Positions 19,623 through 29,152 of a DNA stretch of 64,000 bases are shown piece by piece. The translations under genes and the position numbers were made by a program. Numbering within the stretch: the first letter of the stretch is position 1; each line of letters starts with the position of its first letter. The notes below the pieces were generated by a model. The model made no database searches. It had not been told where the DNA came from and saw only the letters and a program-made list of their open reading frames with translations. The DNA is from Thermoplasmata archaeon (GTDB lineage: Archaea; Thermoplasmatota; Thermoplasmata; Lutacidiplasmatales; UBA184), in contig JAKACD010000001.1 in NCBI GenBank assembly GCA_021821785.1, forward strand, positions 39,964 through 103,963, written 5' to 3'.

Positions 19623-20876
19623 ATGAAGGTCCTTATCACGGGGGTCGACGGCTACTCCGGTTGGCCACTTGCCCTCCACCTACTCGCGCGCGGACACGAG
19701 GTCGTCGGTCTCGACAATTTCGTTACGCGCCGTCGGGTCCGGGAGGTCGGTAGCTGGTCGGCGACCCCGATCCCCTCGTTCCCCCGCCGGCAGGTCGCCG
19801 TCCGGGAGGTCCTCGGAAAGGAGCTCGTCTTCCACCGGGGAAGCCTGACCGACTGGGAGTTCGTCCGCAACGTCCTTTCGACCGAGCGGCCGGACGCGGT
19901 CGTGCACCTCGCCGAGCAGCGGAGCGCTCCGTACTCGATGATCGACGTGCACCATGCGGTGACGACCCAGGTAGAGAATCTCACCGGGACCCTCCACCTC
20001 CTCTACGGTCTCCGCGAGTGCTGTCCCGGGGCCCATCTCGTCAAGATGGGCACGATGGGCGAGTACGGCACCCCCAACACCGACATCCCGGAGGGATTCT
20101 TCGACGTCGAGTTCCGTGGTCGGAAGGACCATCTTCCGTTCCCCCGCCAGGCCGGTTCCTGGTATCACTGGAGCAAGGTCTTCGACTCGGGCGACGTGAT
20201 GTTCGCGACCCGCATCTGGGGGCTCCGGGCCACCGACGTGATGCAGGGGGTCATCTACGGTGTCCGGACCCCCGAGATCACCGACGATCGACTGCTCACC
20301 CGGTTCGATTTCGACGAGACCTGGGGCACCGCGCTCAACCGGTTCATCGCGCAGGCCGTCCTCGGCCTTCCGCTGACCCCGTACGGCAAGGGGGAGCAGA
20401 AACGGGGCTTCATCGCGCTCGAGGACTCGATGCAGTCGCTCACGATCGCGCTCGAGCACCCTCCCTCCCCCGGGGAATACCGGGTCTTCAACCAGTTCGA
20501 TGCGGCGTACTCCGTCAACGAGCTCGCCGAGCTCACGGCCCGGGTGGCGCGCGAATTTGGCCTGAACCCTACGATCGACCACCCGCCCGACCCGCGGGTG
20601 GAGGCGGAACAGCACTACTACCACCCGCTCCACGACCATCTCCTCGCGCTCGGCTACCACCGCACCCGCGAGCTCGAGGAGGTCGTCCGCGAGATCTTCC
20701 ACGACCTCCTCCGCTTCCGGCGGCGGCTCCAAGCCCGGCGCCATGTCGTCCTCCCGACGGTCCAGTGGCGGATGCCGGACAGCCGGCCTCTGCTCGCCGC
20801 GCGGCATCCCACCGCGCCTGCGCCACCCTCAGAGAACGCGCCCGAGTCCCCCCCGGCCGGGTCGCCGACGGCCTGA
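19623..20876 (+). CDS. sqdB: UDP-sulfoquinovose synthase (SqdB/Agl3)
   Basis: GVDGYSGWP, HLAEQRSAPYSM, KMGTMGEYGTPN, GSWYHWSK, FDFDE.WGTALNRF, FNQF. Confidence 0.92.
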   Translation: MKVLITGVDGYSGWPLALHLLARGHEVVGLDNFVTRRRVREVGSWSATPIPSFPRRQVAVREVLGKELVFHRGSLTDWEFVRNVLSTERPDAVVHLAEQRSAPYSMIDVHHAVTTQVENLTGTLHLLYGLRECCPGAHLVKMGTMGEYGTPNTDIPEGFFDVEFRGRKDHLPFPRQAGSWYHWSKVFDSGDVMFATRIWGLRATDVMQGVIYGVRTPEITDDRLLTRFDFDETWGTALNRFIAQAVLGLPLTPYGKGEQKRGFIALEDSMQSLTIALEHPPSPGEYRVFNQFDAAYSVNELAELTARVAREFGLNPTIDHPPDPRVEAEQHYYHPLHDHLLALGYHRTRELEEVVREIFHDLLRFRRRLQARRHVVLPTVQWRMPDSRPLLAARHPTAPAPPSENAPESPPAGSPTA

Positions 20877-20882
20877 CCGGAT

Positions 20883-21776
20883 ATGCTGGCCGTCGTCACG
20901 CTCGCGGGCGAGGGGACCCGGATGCTCCCCTGGTCCCGGGGCCTGCGCAAGGAGTTCCTGCCGCTCTACGACCGCGGCGAGGGCGGAGCCCCGGTACTGA
21001 AACCGGTCGCCCACCTCATCGTCGAATCGCTCGTCCGGGCGGGGACCGACCGGATCACCCTCGTCCTCCAGCCGCGGGACGTCGCGTTCGTCCAGAACTA
21101 CTTCACGATCGATCCCGTGTTCCTCGAGCAGCACCGGGAGCACGCCGAGCGCCTCACGGATACCCGCCGGTTCTACGAGACGATCGGGGGGGTGCATTTC
21201 GCGTTCGCAGTCCAGCCGCGGCCCGAAGGATTCGGGGACGCCCTCCTCCGGGCGAAGAGCTCGGTGCGGCGTCGGCCGTTCTTCCTGCACGCCGGGGACG
21301 GCATCCTGATCGAGCCCGACCGGGGCTTCCTTCTCCGGACGATGGGCGAGTACCTTCGGCGGAGCCGCAGCGATGCAGTCCTCCTGGTCCGGGCGGTGAA
21401 GGACCCCCGCCGCTACGGGGTCCTCGAGGGACGGCTCGCGGCGCCGTTCCGAGGCGTCCGGCGGCTCGAGGTCACGGACATGGTCGAAAAGCCGGTGGCG
21501 CCGCGCAGCCACTGGGCCGCGACCGCCGTCTACGCCTTCGCCCCGTCGATCTTCCCGGCCTTGGAGCGGTACCGGCGGGGCCACGCCCCGAAGGAGCTCG
21601 AGGTGACCGACGGGATTCGCGAGCTCCTCGCCACGGGCGGCCGGGTCAGCGCCCTCATCCTCGACCGGCGCTTCGGCGAATGGCGCTCGGTGGGCTCCCC
21701 CGAGGGGTTCGCGCGGGCGCTCGCCCACACCCGCACCGAGGCGCGGCGACGACGCCCGGAACGGGCGAACGATTAA
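20883..21776 (+). CDS. sugar-phosphate nucleotidyltransferase (GalU-like)
   Basis: AGEGTRMLP..KEFLPL, QPRPEGFGDA, DPRRYGV, MVEKP, ELEVTDGI. Confidence 0.85.
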   Translation: MLAVVTLAGEGTRMLPWSRGLRKEFLPLYDRGEGGAPVLKPVAHLIVESLVRAGTDRITLVLQPRDVAFVQNYFTIDPVFLEQHREHAERLTDTRRFYETIGGVHFAFAVQPRPEGFGDALLRAKSSVRRRPFFLHAGDGILIEPDRGFLLRTMGEYLRRSRSDAVLLVRAVKDPRRYGVLEGRLAAPFRGVRRLEVTDMVEKPVAPRSHWAATAVYAFAPSIFPALERYRRGHAPKELEVTDGIRELLATGGRVSALILDRRFGEWRSVGSPEGFARALAHTRTEARRRRPERAND

Positions 21777-21849
21777 GACGCGACAGGGCTTATCGAACCG
21801 AAGACCGGTCGCACCATTTGGCACCGAACGGCGAGAGGAAGGACGTCCG

Positions 21850-22929
21850 ATGAAGCGCCAGATGGTCGATATGCTCGCGGAATTGATCAAGATCCCGAGC
21901 GACCCGTTCTCCGACAAGCAGGAGGTCCTCGACTACGTCCAGTCGTTCACCGACCAGATCCACATGCGTAACACGCTCTTCGGGGACTCCCAGGCCCCCG
22001 CGCTCCTCGCGGAGTTCGGCCAGGGCGGGGTCGTCCTCTCTGGCCACCTCGACACGCCCCCGGTAGGGGACTACTGGAGCTTTTCGCAGAGCCAGCTCGC
22101 GTCCGGCCGGATGTACGGCCGGGGGGCCGCGGACATGAAGGGCACGGTCGTCGCGATGCTCGAGGCGGCCCAGGACCTGGTCGCCCGCAAGATACCGGTC
22201 GTGCTCGCCTTTACGACCGACGAGGAGACGGCGATGCAGGGGGCGATGGCCCTCTCGAAGACCCTGCCGCTGCGTCGCGCGAAGGCGGTCGTGGTCGGGG
22301 AGCCGACCGGCCTTCGGGTCGCGTACGCCGAGAAGGGCGTGCTCGACCTCGCGATCGAGACCCGGGGGAAGGCCGCCCACGGGGCCATGCCGCATCTCGG
22401 AGAGAACGCGATCGGCAAGATGATGCGGATCCTGCGCGGGCTCGAGTCGTTCAAGGGACGGATCGCCCACCCCGAGCTCGGCAGCGTCACGCTCAACATC
22501 GGTACCTTCAACGGGGGGACGCGGCTCAACGTCGTCCCGAACCGCGCGACCGCCGAGGTCGACATCCGGTTCCCGCCGCCCTACACGCCCGACCAGCTCT
22601 ACCATGAGATCGAGGAGCACCTGCGCCGGATCAAAACCCCGTTCACGCTCCGTCGTATCCTGACGATGCCCGCCGTCCAGATCGACCCGAACGCCGAGCA
22701 CGTGAAGGTCCTGCGCGACGTGGCGCAGGCCGAGACCGCCGTCCTCGTCCACGCCTCCGAAGCGGTCCACTATTCGCAGGTGAACCCGCGGGTCGTGATC
22801 TTCGGGGCCGGCGAAGAGGAGCTCTCGCATCAGGCGAACGAGTACGTCAAGGTCGAGTCGGTGGCCCGGGCCACCGAGGTCTACAAGAAGTACGCCCAGC
22901 GCCTCGCGACCCTGCGGAACCCCGCGTAG
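21850..22929 (+). CDS. M20 family metallo-amidohydrolase (ArgE/DapE-like)
   Basis: SGHLDT, GRGAADMKG, TDEE, VGEPT, GKAAHGA, HQANE. Confidence 0.88.
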   Translation: MKRQMVDMLAELIKIPSDPFSDKQEVLDYVQSFTDQIHMRNTLFGDSQAPALLAEFGQGGVVLSGHLDTPPVGDYWSFSQSQLASGRMYGRGAADMKGTVVAMLEAAQDLVARKIPVVLAFTTDEETAMQGAMALSKTLPLRRAKAVVVGEPTGLRVAYAEKGVLDLAIETRGKAAHGAMPHLGENAIGKMMRILRGLESFKGRIAHPELGSVTLNIGTFNGGTRLNVVPNRATAEVDIRFPPPYTPDQLYHEIEEHLRRIKTPFTLRRILTMPAVQIDPNAEHVKVLRDVAQAETAVLVHASEAVHYSQVNPRVVIFGAGEEELSHQANEYVKVESVARATEVYKKYAQRLATLRNPA

Positions 22930-22986
22930 GGGCCCCGAGCCCGCGGCCGGCGCGCCATCAAGTACGCAGAGAGGTACTGCGCCGCC

Positions 22987-24168
22987 GTGAAGGTCGCCCA
23001 GCTGTCGACCCGCTACCCTCCCGGGCCGGGCGGGGTCGAGCGGCACGTCGCCGAGCTCGCCCCGCGGCTCGCGGCGCTCGGCCACCGGGTCGAGGTCTAC
23101 ACGAGCGACCTCTACCGCGAGTTCCCCTGGCAGCGACTGGCAGCGTCGGTCCCTCGCGAGGAGCGCACGGCGTTCGGCGCCGTCCATCGGCTCCCGGTCT
23201 GGTCGTTTCCCGGCGAGCTCCACTACCCGTTCTTCCGGGGCCTGGACCGGGCCCTGCTCCGGGACCGACCTGACCTCGTGCATGCCCATACCTACGGCAC
23301 CCACCAGGTCGCCGTGGCTCGGCGCTACGGCCGCCGGACCGGCGCCCCGTTCGTCCTCACGGCGCACTTCCACCCGATCTGGTCGATCGAGGGGGGCTGG
23401 TTCCGCCACCGGCTCCGCGGGTTCTACGACCGGCGGGTCGCCGGTCCGATCGTGCGGAGCGCGGCGGCGGTGGTTGTCCAGACGCACGAGGAAGAGCGGC
23501 TCCTCCGTTCCCTCGGCCTCGCCCTCCCGCGGGTGGTGATCGTGCCGCCCGGCTACCGGCCCCTCCCGGCGCCGCCGTCGGACGCGGGGCGGTTCGGCGA
23601 GAAGTTCGGCATCCCGGGCCCGTTCGTGCTGTTCGTCGGCCGGCTCGCGTCGAACAAAGGCCTCCTTCCGCTGCTCACGGCGTTCGGGACGCTCGCGGCC
23701 GAGGAGCCGACGGCGCACCTCGTGCTGCTCGGCGAGGACGGCGGGATGCGACCGACGGTCGAGGAGCGGATCCGCGCCGCGGGGCTCGCGTCCCGTATCC
23801 ACCTGGTCGGCCACGTCGACGACGACCGATGGGTCGCCGCGGCGTACCGCGAGGCCCGCCTCACGGTACTGCCGAGCGAGTACGAGGCGTTCGGCCTGGT
23901 CCTCTTGGAGTCGCTCGCTCAGGGGACCCCGGTCGTCGCCACCCGGGTCGGGGGGATCCCCGAGGTCGTGGAGGACGGGCGCTCAGGTCTCCTCGTCCCG
24001 CCGAACGACCCGACGGCGCTCGCGGAGGCGCTCCGCCGCCTCTGGCAGGATCGCGCCCTCGCCGCGCGGCTCGGCCAGTACGGCCAGGAGAGCGTCGTGC
24101 CCCGCTACACGTGGGAGGCGCTGGCGGCGCGGCTCGACGCGCTCTACCGGGAGGTTCTCGGTCGATGA
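22987..24168 (+). CDS. glycosyltransferase family 4
   Basis: GGVERH, FVGRLASNKG, EAFGLVLLE. Confidence 0.9.
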   Translation: MKVAQLSTRYPPGPGGVERHVAELAPRLAALGHRVEVYTSDLYREFPWQRLAASVPREERTAFGAVHRLPVWSFPGELHYPFFRGLDRALLRDRPDLVHAHTYGTHQVAVARRYGRRTGAPFVLTAHFHPIWSIEGGWFRHRLRGFYDRRVAGPIVRSAAAVVVQTHEEERLLRSLGLALPRVVIVPPGYRPLPAPPSDAGRFGEKFGIPGPFVLFVGRLASNKGLLPLLTAFGTLAAEEPTAHLVLLGEDGGMRPTVEERIRAAGLASRIHLVGHVDDDRWVAAAYREARLTVLPSEYEAFGLVLLESLAQGTPVVATRVGGIPEVVEDGRSGLLVPPNDPTALAEALRRLWQDRALAARLGQYGQESVVPRYTWEALAARLDALYREVLGR

Positions 24169-25322
24169 AGGTCGTGCACGTCACGCTGCGCTTCGACGCC
24201 CCCGGCGGGGTCGAGACGAACGTGCACGAGGTCACGCGACGCCTCCGGGCCGCGGGCGACGACGTCGAGGTCTTTGCGAGCGATCTCTACGACGAGGGTC
24301 GCTGGGAACGCCGGACCGGTTACGCTCCCCGGGTCGACGGAGTCCCGGTCCGTCGCTTCCCGGTCCACAAGCGACTCATCCCGGGGCTCACCATGCCGAT
24401 GATGGTCGGGCTGATCGACGCGCTCGCGGAGAGCGGGGTCGACCTCATCCATGCCCACTCCCACCGGTATGGCCATGTGCTGCAGGCGGCGGCCGTGGCC
24501 GAGCGGCTTGAGATCCCGCTCGTGGTCTCAACGCACTACCATCCGGCCGACCGACGCGAGCCCCCGCTGAAGCGGGGCTTGCTTCGCTGCCAAGACATCG
24601 GCTTCGGGCTGACGGCGTACCGCGTCGCCGACGCGCTGGTGGTGCAGACCCCGCGCGAAGCGGCGCTCGTCCGGGAGTTCGCTCCGGCGGACCGCATCCG
24701 CGTGGTGCCCCCCGGGATCGACCTCGCCGCCTGGGCCGACCCCGGCGCCGACCGGGCCGCGGGACTGGACCTGCCCGCCGACTACCTGCTCTTCATCGGC
24801 CGAGTCGCGCCGAACAAGGGCCTCCCCGGCCTGGTGAACGCGCTCGCGGAGCTCGGACCGGCCCGCGCCCCGCCGCTCGTCCTCATGGGTCGGGACTGGG
24901 GCGAGCGGGCCGCGCTCGAGGAGCTGGCCCGTCGCCGGGGCGTGCTCGACCGCCTCCGCTTTCTCGGCCACGTCGAGGACCCCGCGGCGTACCGCGCGGT
25001 CCTCCGGCGGGCCCGCGCGCTCGTGCTGCCTTCCGAGTGGGAAGCGTTCGGTCTCGTGCTCCTCGAGGCGATGACGGCCGGTACACCGATCGTCGCGACG
25101 GCGGTCGGGGGCGTGCCGGATGTGCTCGATGGCGGCCGGGCCGGTCGGCTCGTGCCGTACGGCGACGTGGCCGCCCTCGCCCGCGCGATCGCGGCGGTCT
25201 CCGAAGACGCCGCGGCAACCCGAACCCTCGTGGACGCGGGTCGGGAACGGGTCCGACGGTACGACTGGTCGGAGTGCGTGCGCGCGCACCGCGCGCTCTA
25301 CGAGGAGATCCTGCGTCGCTGA
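24165..25322 (+). CDS. glycosyltransferase family 4
   Basis: PGGVET, FIGRVAPNKG, EAFGLVLLEAM; ATGA overlap with previous gene. Confidence 0.9.
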   Translation: MKVVHVTLRFDAPGGVETNVHEVTRRLRAAGDDVEVFASDLYDEGRWERRTGYAPRVDGVPVRRFPVHKRLIPGLTMPMMVGLIDALAESGVDLIHAHSHRYGHVLQAAAVAERLEIPLVVSTHYHPADRREPPLKRGLLRCQDIGFGLTAYRVADALVVQTPREAALVREFAPADRIRVVPPGIDLAAWADPGADRAAGLDLPADYLLFIGRVAPNKGLPGLVNALAELGPARAPPLVLMGRDWGERAALEELARRRGVLDRLRFLGHVEDPAAYRAVLRRARALVLPSEWEAFGLVLLEAMTAGTPIVATAVGGVPDVLDGGRAGRLVPYGDVAALARAIAAVSEDAAATRTLVDAGRERVRRYDWSECVRAHRALYEEILRR

Positions 25323-25437
25323 GCGCGCCGCGCCTCGAGCCGCCGGAGCTCGCCCCCGACCGTTCCGAGGTCGGCGGCCGCCGGCCCCCCGCGGAGGTGG
25401 GCCAGCGCCTGCATGAGGCGACCGACGAGACCCGCGA

Positions 25438-26607
25438 TCATTCCGCGGGCGCCTCGGCGAGCTCGATCGCATACTCCCGGAGGATCGCCAGGCCCCGGCG
25501 CAGGTTCTCCCGGGAAGTGGCAAAGGAAAGGCGCAGGTGGCCCGCGCCGAGGGAGCCGAACGCTTCCCCCGGCGTCGTGATGACCCCCCGATGGAGCAGC
25601 TCGGTCGCGACCTCGAGCGCCGTGCGCGGCCAGGTGAATCGGGGAAAGGCATAGAACGCGCCCGCCGGGGCGGTGACCTCGATCCCCGGAATGTTCCGCA
25701 GCAGCCGGGTCACGAGCGCACGTCGGGCCCGGAACTCCCGGACCATGGCGGCGGTCGCGCTGGGGCCCGCCCTGAGCCCCGCGAGCACGGCGGCCTGAGC
25801 GGGGGTCGACGGGCAGGCGAGGATGTGGTAGTGAAGCTTGTTGAGATCGACCGCGAGGTCCCGCGGGGCGACCAGGAACCCGATCCGCCAGCCGGTCATC
25901 GCGAGGGTCTTCGAGAACGAGTTCACGACGACGACCCGATCGCTGCGCCCCCAGAAGGAGGTCGCCGGTCCGTCGTAGACGATCTCCTCGTAGACCTCGT
26001 CGGAGACGATCGTGAGGTCGTGACGGTCGGCGAAGTCGAGGAGCCGGTCGACGATCGCGCGCGGGAACACCGCGCCGGTCGGGTTCGACGGACTGTTCAC
26101 GACGATCGCCCGGGTGCGGGGACCGACGAGGCGCTCGAGCTCGTCGAAATCGGGGAGATAGCGGCGCTCGGTCCGCAGGCTGTACGGGATTGGCGTGGCG
26201 CCGGCGATGCGGGCGTGGGGGCCGTACAGGACGAACCCCGGGTTCGGGACGAGCAGCTCGTCCCCCGGGTCGAGGAGCGAGAGGGCGACCGCCATCAACC
26301 CCTCGGAGCCGCTCCCGGTGACGATCACGTTGTCGCGGGCGGTCGACGGGCGCCGATCCTGGTACCGCTCGGCGATCGCGTCGCGCAGCTCGGGAAGACC
26401 GGCCGACGGGCCGTAGTGGTTCTGGCCATGGCGGACGGCCTCGCAGAGCCCGTCGATCACCTCGCGGGGCGGTTCGAAATCGGGCTCGCCGAGACCGAGG
26501 TTGATCGCGTTCGGGGGCGCGGCCTCGAACATCTTGCGGATGCCCGAGAGCTCGATCCGGCGTACCCGCTGCGCGACCATTTCGTCGTTGACCGAGACGG
26601 GGCTCAT
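25438..26607 (-). CDS. class I/II PLP aminotransferase (aspartate/aromatic)
   Basis: LGLGEPDF, NSPSNPTG, SDEVYE, SFSKTLAMTGWRIG. Confidence 0.9.
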   Translation of the reverse strand: MSPVSVNDEMVAQRVRRIELSGIRKMFEAAPPNAINLGLGEPDFEPPREVIDGLCEAVRHGQNHYGPSAGLPELRDAIAERYQDRRPSTARDNVIVTGSGSEGLMAVALSLLDPGDELLVPNPGFVLYGPHARIAGATPIPYSLRTERRYLPDFDELERLVGPRTRAIVVNSPSNPTGAVFPRAIVDRLLDFADRHDLTIVSDEVYEEIVYDGPATSFWGRSDRVVVVNSFSKTLAMTGWRIGFLVAPRDLAVDLNKLHYHILACPSTPAQAAVLAGLRAGPSATAAMVREFRARRALVTRLLRNIPGIEVTAPAGAFYAFPRFTWPRTALEVATELLHRGVITTPGEAFGSLGAGHLRLSFATSRENLRRGLAILREYAIELAEAPAE

Positions 26608-26717
26608 TACCGTTGTGCCGTGCGACGCTACGTCGTGCCGTCCCGGGGCCGTCGGAACGCCCCGGGCACAAGGGACATCTATCCGGACCGCTCCCCAGTG
26701 GATGGCCAGGCAGCTCC

Positions 26718-28058
26718 ATGACCGTCCGTATCGTGGTCGGTGCGCAGTTCGGCGACGAGGCGAAGGGCAAGATCACGGACTTCCTGGCGGCGGACGCCCG
26801 CTACGTGGTCCGGACCGGCGGCGGTCCGAACGCCGGCCACTCGATCCATCTTCCCGAGGGTGCGTTCGTCCTGCACCAGCTCGCCTGCGGCGTTCTCCGT
26901 CACGGCGTCACCGGCGTCAGCGGTCCCGGAATGGTGGTCCAGCCGATCGCCTTCGAGGAGGAGATGCGCGAGCTCGAGCGCAAGGGGCTCCTGCGCGGCG
27001 AGGTCCTTGTCTCCGACCGGGCCCACGTCCTCCTGCCGGTCCACGAGATCGAGGATGCGTGGGAGGATGAGCTGCGGGCCCGCAAGCGACCCGGCGCTGG
27101 GATCGGAACCACCCGTCGTGGAATCGGGCCGGCGTACGCGGACCGCGCGGGGCGTTGGGGACTTCGGATGGGCGACTTGGCCCGCCCTTCGGTCCTCCGC
27201 GAGCGGCTCGAGCTCCTCTACGCGACGAAGACCCACCTCTCGAACCTTCCCGCCATCGATGAGCTCGCCAGCCGCCTCACCGAGGTCGCGGGACGGCTCG
27301 CCCCGCTCATCCGCCCGACCGAGCCCGTCCTCTGGGAGGCGGTCGCGCGGGGGGAGAACGTGCTCCTCGAAGGGGCCCAGAGCGCGCTCCTCGACATCGA
27401 CTTCGGCACGTATCCGTTCGTCACGAGCTCCCACCCGACGAGCGCCGGCGCGCTCGTCGGAAGCGGGATCCCGCCCACGGAGGTCGACGAGGTCATCGGG
27501 GTCGCAAAGGCGTACTCGACCCGGGTGGGCAGCGGACCGTTCCCCACCGAGGACTCGGGCGAGATGGGCCAGTACCTTCAGCGGGTGGGCGGAGAACGCG
27601 GCGCGACCACCGGTCGGCCGCGCCGGTGCGGCTGGCTCGACCTCGTGATGCTGCGGTACGCCGCGCGCCTCAACGGCTTCACGTCGCTGGCGATCACGAA
27701 GGTCGATGTCCTCGGCGGCCTCGACGAGATCCCAGTCTGCGTGCAGTACGTGATGCCCGATGGAACGACCCTGCGCGACGTGCTCCCCTCCCAGGCGGAC
27801 GATCTCGACAAGGCGCAACCGGTCTACGAGCGGCTCCCCGGGTGGCCCGAGCTGCACGAGCGGGCGAAGGAACGGATCCGCCGGGAGGGCGCGCACTCGC
27901 TCCCCTCGACCCTGCGCCGGTTCCTGGCCCGGATCGTCGAGGAGACGGGCGTCGGCGTGGAGTATGTGGGCTTCGGGCCCGCCCGGGAGGATACGGTTCG
28001 GCTCGAGCCGACGGGTCTCCGGGGATCGGGGGCCGGTCTTTCGGCGTGGAACGGCTAA
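26718..28058 (+). CDS. purA: adenylosuccinate synthetase
   Basis: GAQFGDEAKGK, GGPNAGH, GTTRRGIGPAY, EGAQ, GATTGRPRRCGWLD. Confidence 0.95.
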   Translation: MTVRIVVGAQFGDEAKGKITDFLAADARYVVRTGGGPNAGHSIHLPEGAFVLHQLACGVLRHGVTGVSGPGMVVQPIAFEEEMRELERKGLLRGEVLVSDRAHVLLPVHEIEDAWEDELRARKRPGAGIGTTRRGIGPAYADRAGRWGLRMGDLARPSVLRERLELLYATKTHLSNLPAIDELASRLTEVAGRLAPLIRPTEPVLWEAVARGENVLLEGAQSALLDIDFGTYPFVTSSHPTSAGALVGSGIPPTEVDEVIGVAKAYSTRVGSGPFPTEDSGEMGQYLQRVGGERGATTGRPRRCGWLDLVMLRYAARLNGFTSLAITKVDVLGGLDEIPVCVQYVMPDGTTLRDVLPSQADDLDKAQPVYERLPGWPELHERAKERIRREGAHSLPSTLRRFLARIVEETGVGVEYVGFGPAREDTVRLEPTGLRGSGAGLSAWNG

Positions 28059-28064
28059 GAGGCC

Positions 28065-28937
28065 GTGGCGTTCGATCCCTTCCTCTACGTTGCCCTGGCC
28101 CTCGGGTTCCTCGCGGGTCGTCTCTGGCCGCGCCCCTCCCCATGGACCCCGAAGCTCACGCTCGTCACGGTCGCCGTGCTGGTCGGCCTCTTGGGAGCCT
28201 CGCTCGCGGCGGTCCCGAGCGCCGACCTCCTTCTCGCGATCCCCTTGGCCCTGGGATTCACCGTGCTCGTGCTCGGGCTCACGATCGGCGCCTACCTTCT
28301 GCTCGCGCGTTCCCCCGCTCCGTCCCCGCCGCCGGCACATCCCTCCCCCTCCTCCCGAGCCCGCGTCCCGATCAGCGGGAGCCTGGTGGTCGCCCTCCTC
28401 GTCGGCTATCTTGCGGGACGTCTCGTCCCGTTCCCCTCGGACCAGGCGATCCCGTACGCGCTGTACGTGCTGCTCGCCCTGGTCGGCTTCGACCTCCACT
28501 GGGATTGGAACGCCCTAAGGGAGATCTGGCGCCCCTTGACCGCGGCCGTAGCGGCCGCGCTCGTCGGCGGGGTGCTCTTCGCCGTCGCCGCCGGGGTCGC
28601 GCTCCCGGTCGCCCTCGCGACGAGCCTCGCGTTCGGATGGTACTCGCTCTCCGGCCCCCTGGTGGCCGCTCGAGCGGGTGCGGTGCTCGGCCTGCTCGCG
28701 TTCCTCACGAACTTCTTCCGCGAGAACCTCACGATGCTCTTCGCGCCGGTGCTCGGAAAACGCCTGCGCGGGGGCGGCCTCACCGCGATGGGCGGCGCGA
28801 CGGCCATGGACACGACGCTCTACTTCGTGACGCGGTACGGGGACGAACGAGCGGCGAGCCTCTCGCTGGCGAGCGGTCTCTTGCTCACGCTCGCGGCCAG
28901 CCTCGTCCTCCCGGCCCTGCTCGCGCTCCCGCTCTGA
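28065..28937 (+). CDS. LysO-family lysine exporter-like membrane protein
   Basis: FGWYSLSG, FLTNFFRE, GGATAMDTTL. Confidence 0.8.
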   Translation: MAFDPFLYVALALGFLAGRLWPRPSPWTPKLTLVTVAVLVGLLGASLAAVPSADLLLAIPLALGFTVLVLGLTIGAYLLLARSPAPSPPPAHPSPSSRARVPISGSLVVALLVGYLAGRLVPFPSDQAIPYALYVLLALVGFDLHWDWNALREIWRPLTAAVAAALVGGVLFAVAAGVALPVALATSLAFGWYSLSGPLVAARAGAVLGLLAFLTNFFRENLTMLFAPVLGKRLRGGGLTAMGGATAMDTTLYFVTRYGDERAASLSLASGLLLTLAASLVLPALLALPL

Positions 28938-28975
28938 AACACCTTAAGGGTCGGGAACGCTGGCGTCTTCCGTTT

Positions 28976-29048
28976 GGGCTCGTGGTCCAGCGGTTACGAC
29001 GTCGCTCTCACACAGCGAAGATCGCCGGTTCGAATCCGGCCGAGCCCA
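28976..29048 (+). tRNA. tRNA-Val(CAC)
   Basis: GGGCTCG acceptor, anticodon arm TCGCT-CTCACAC-AGCGA, GGTTCGAATCC T-arm; CCTTAAGG TATA-like box upstream. Confidence 0.95.
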
Positions 29049-29152
29049 TCTGACACGAAATAGGCACTCTCCGGCCCTCGTCGCCCCGGATCGGTCGTGA
29101 CGCGGCGGCGCCCAAAATCGGCCCGCGGCGGTCGGGAGTCGGACCGCAACCT

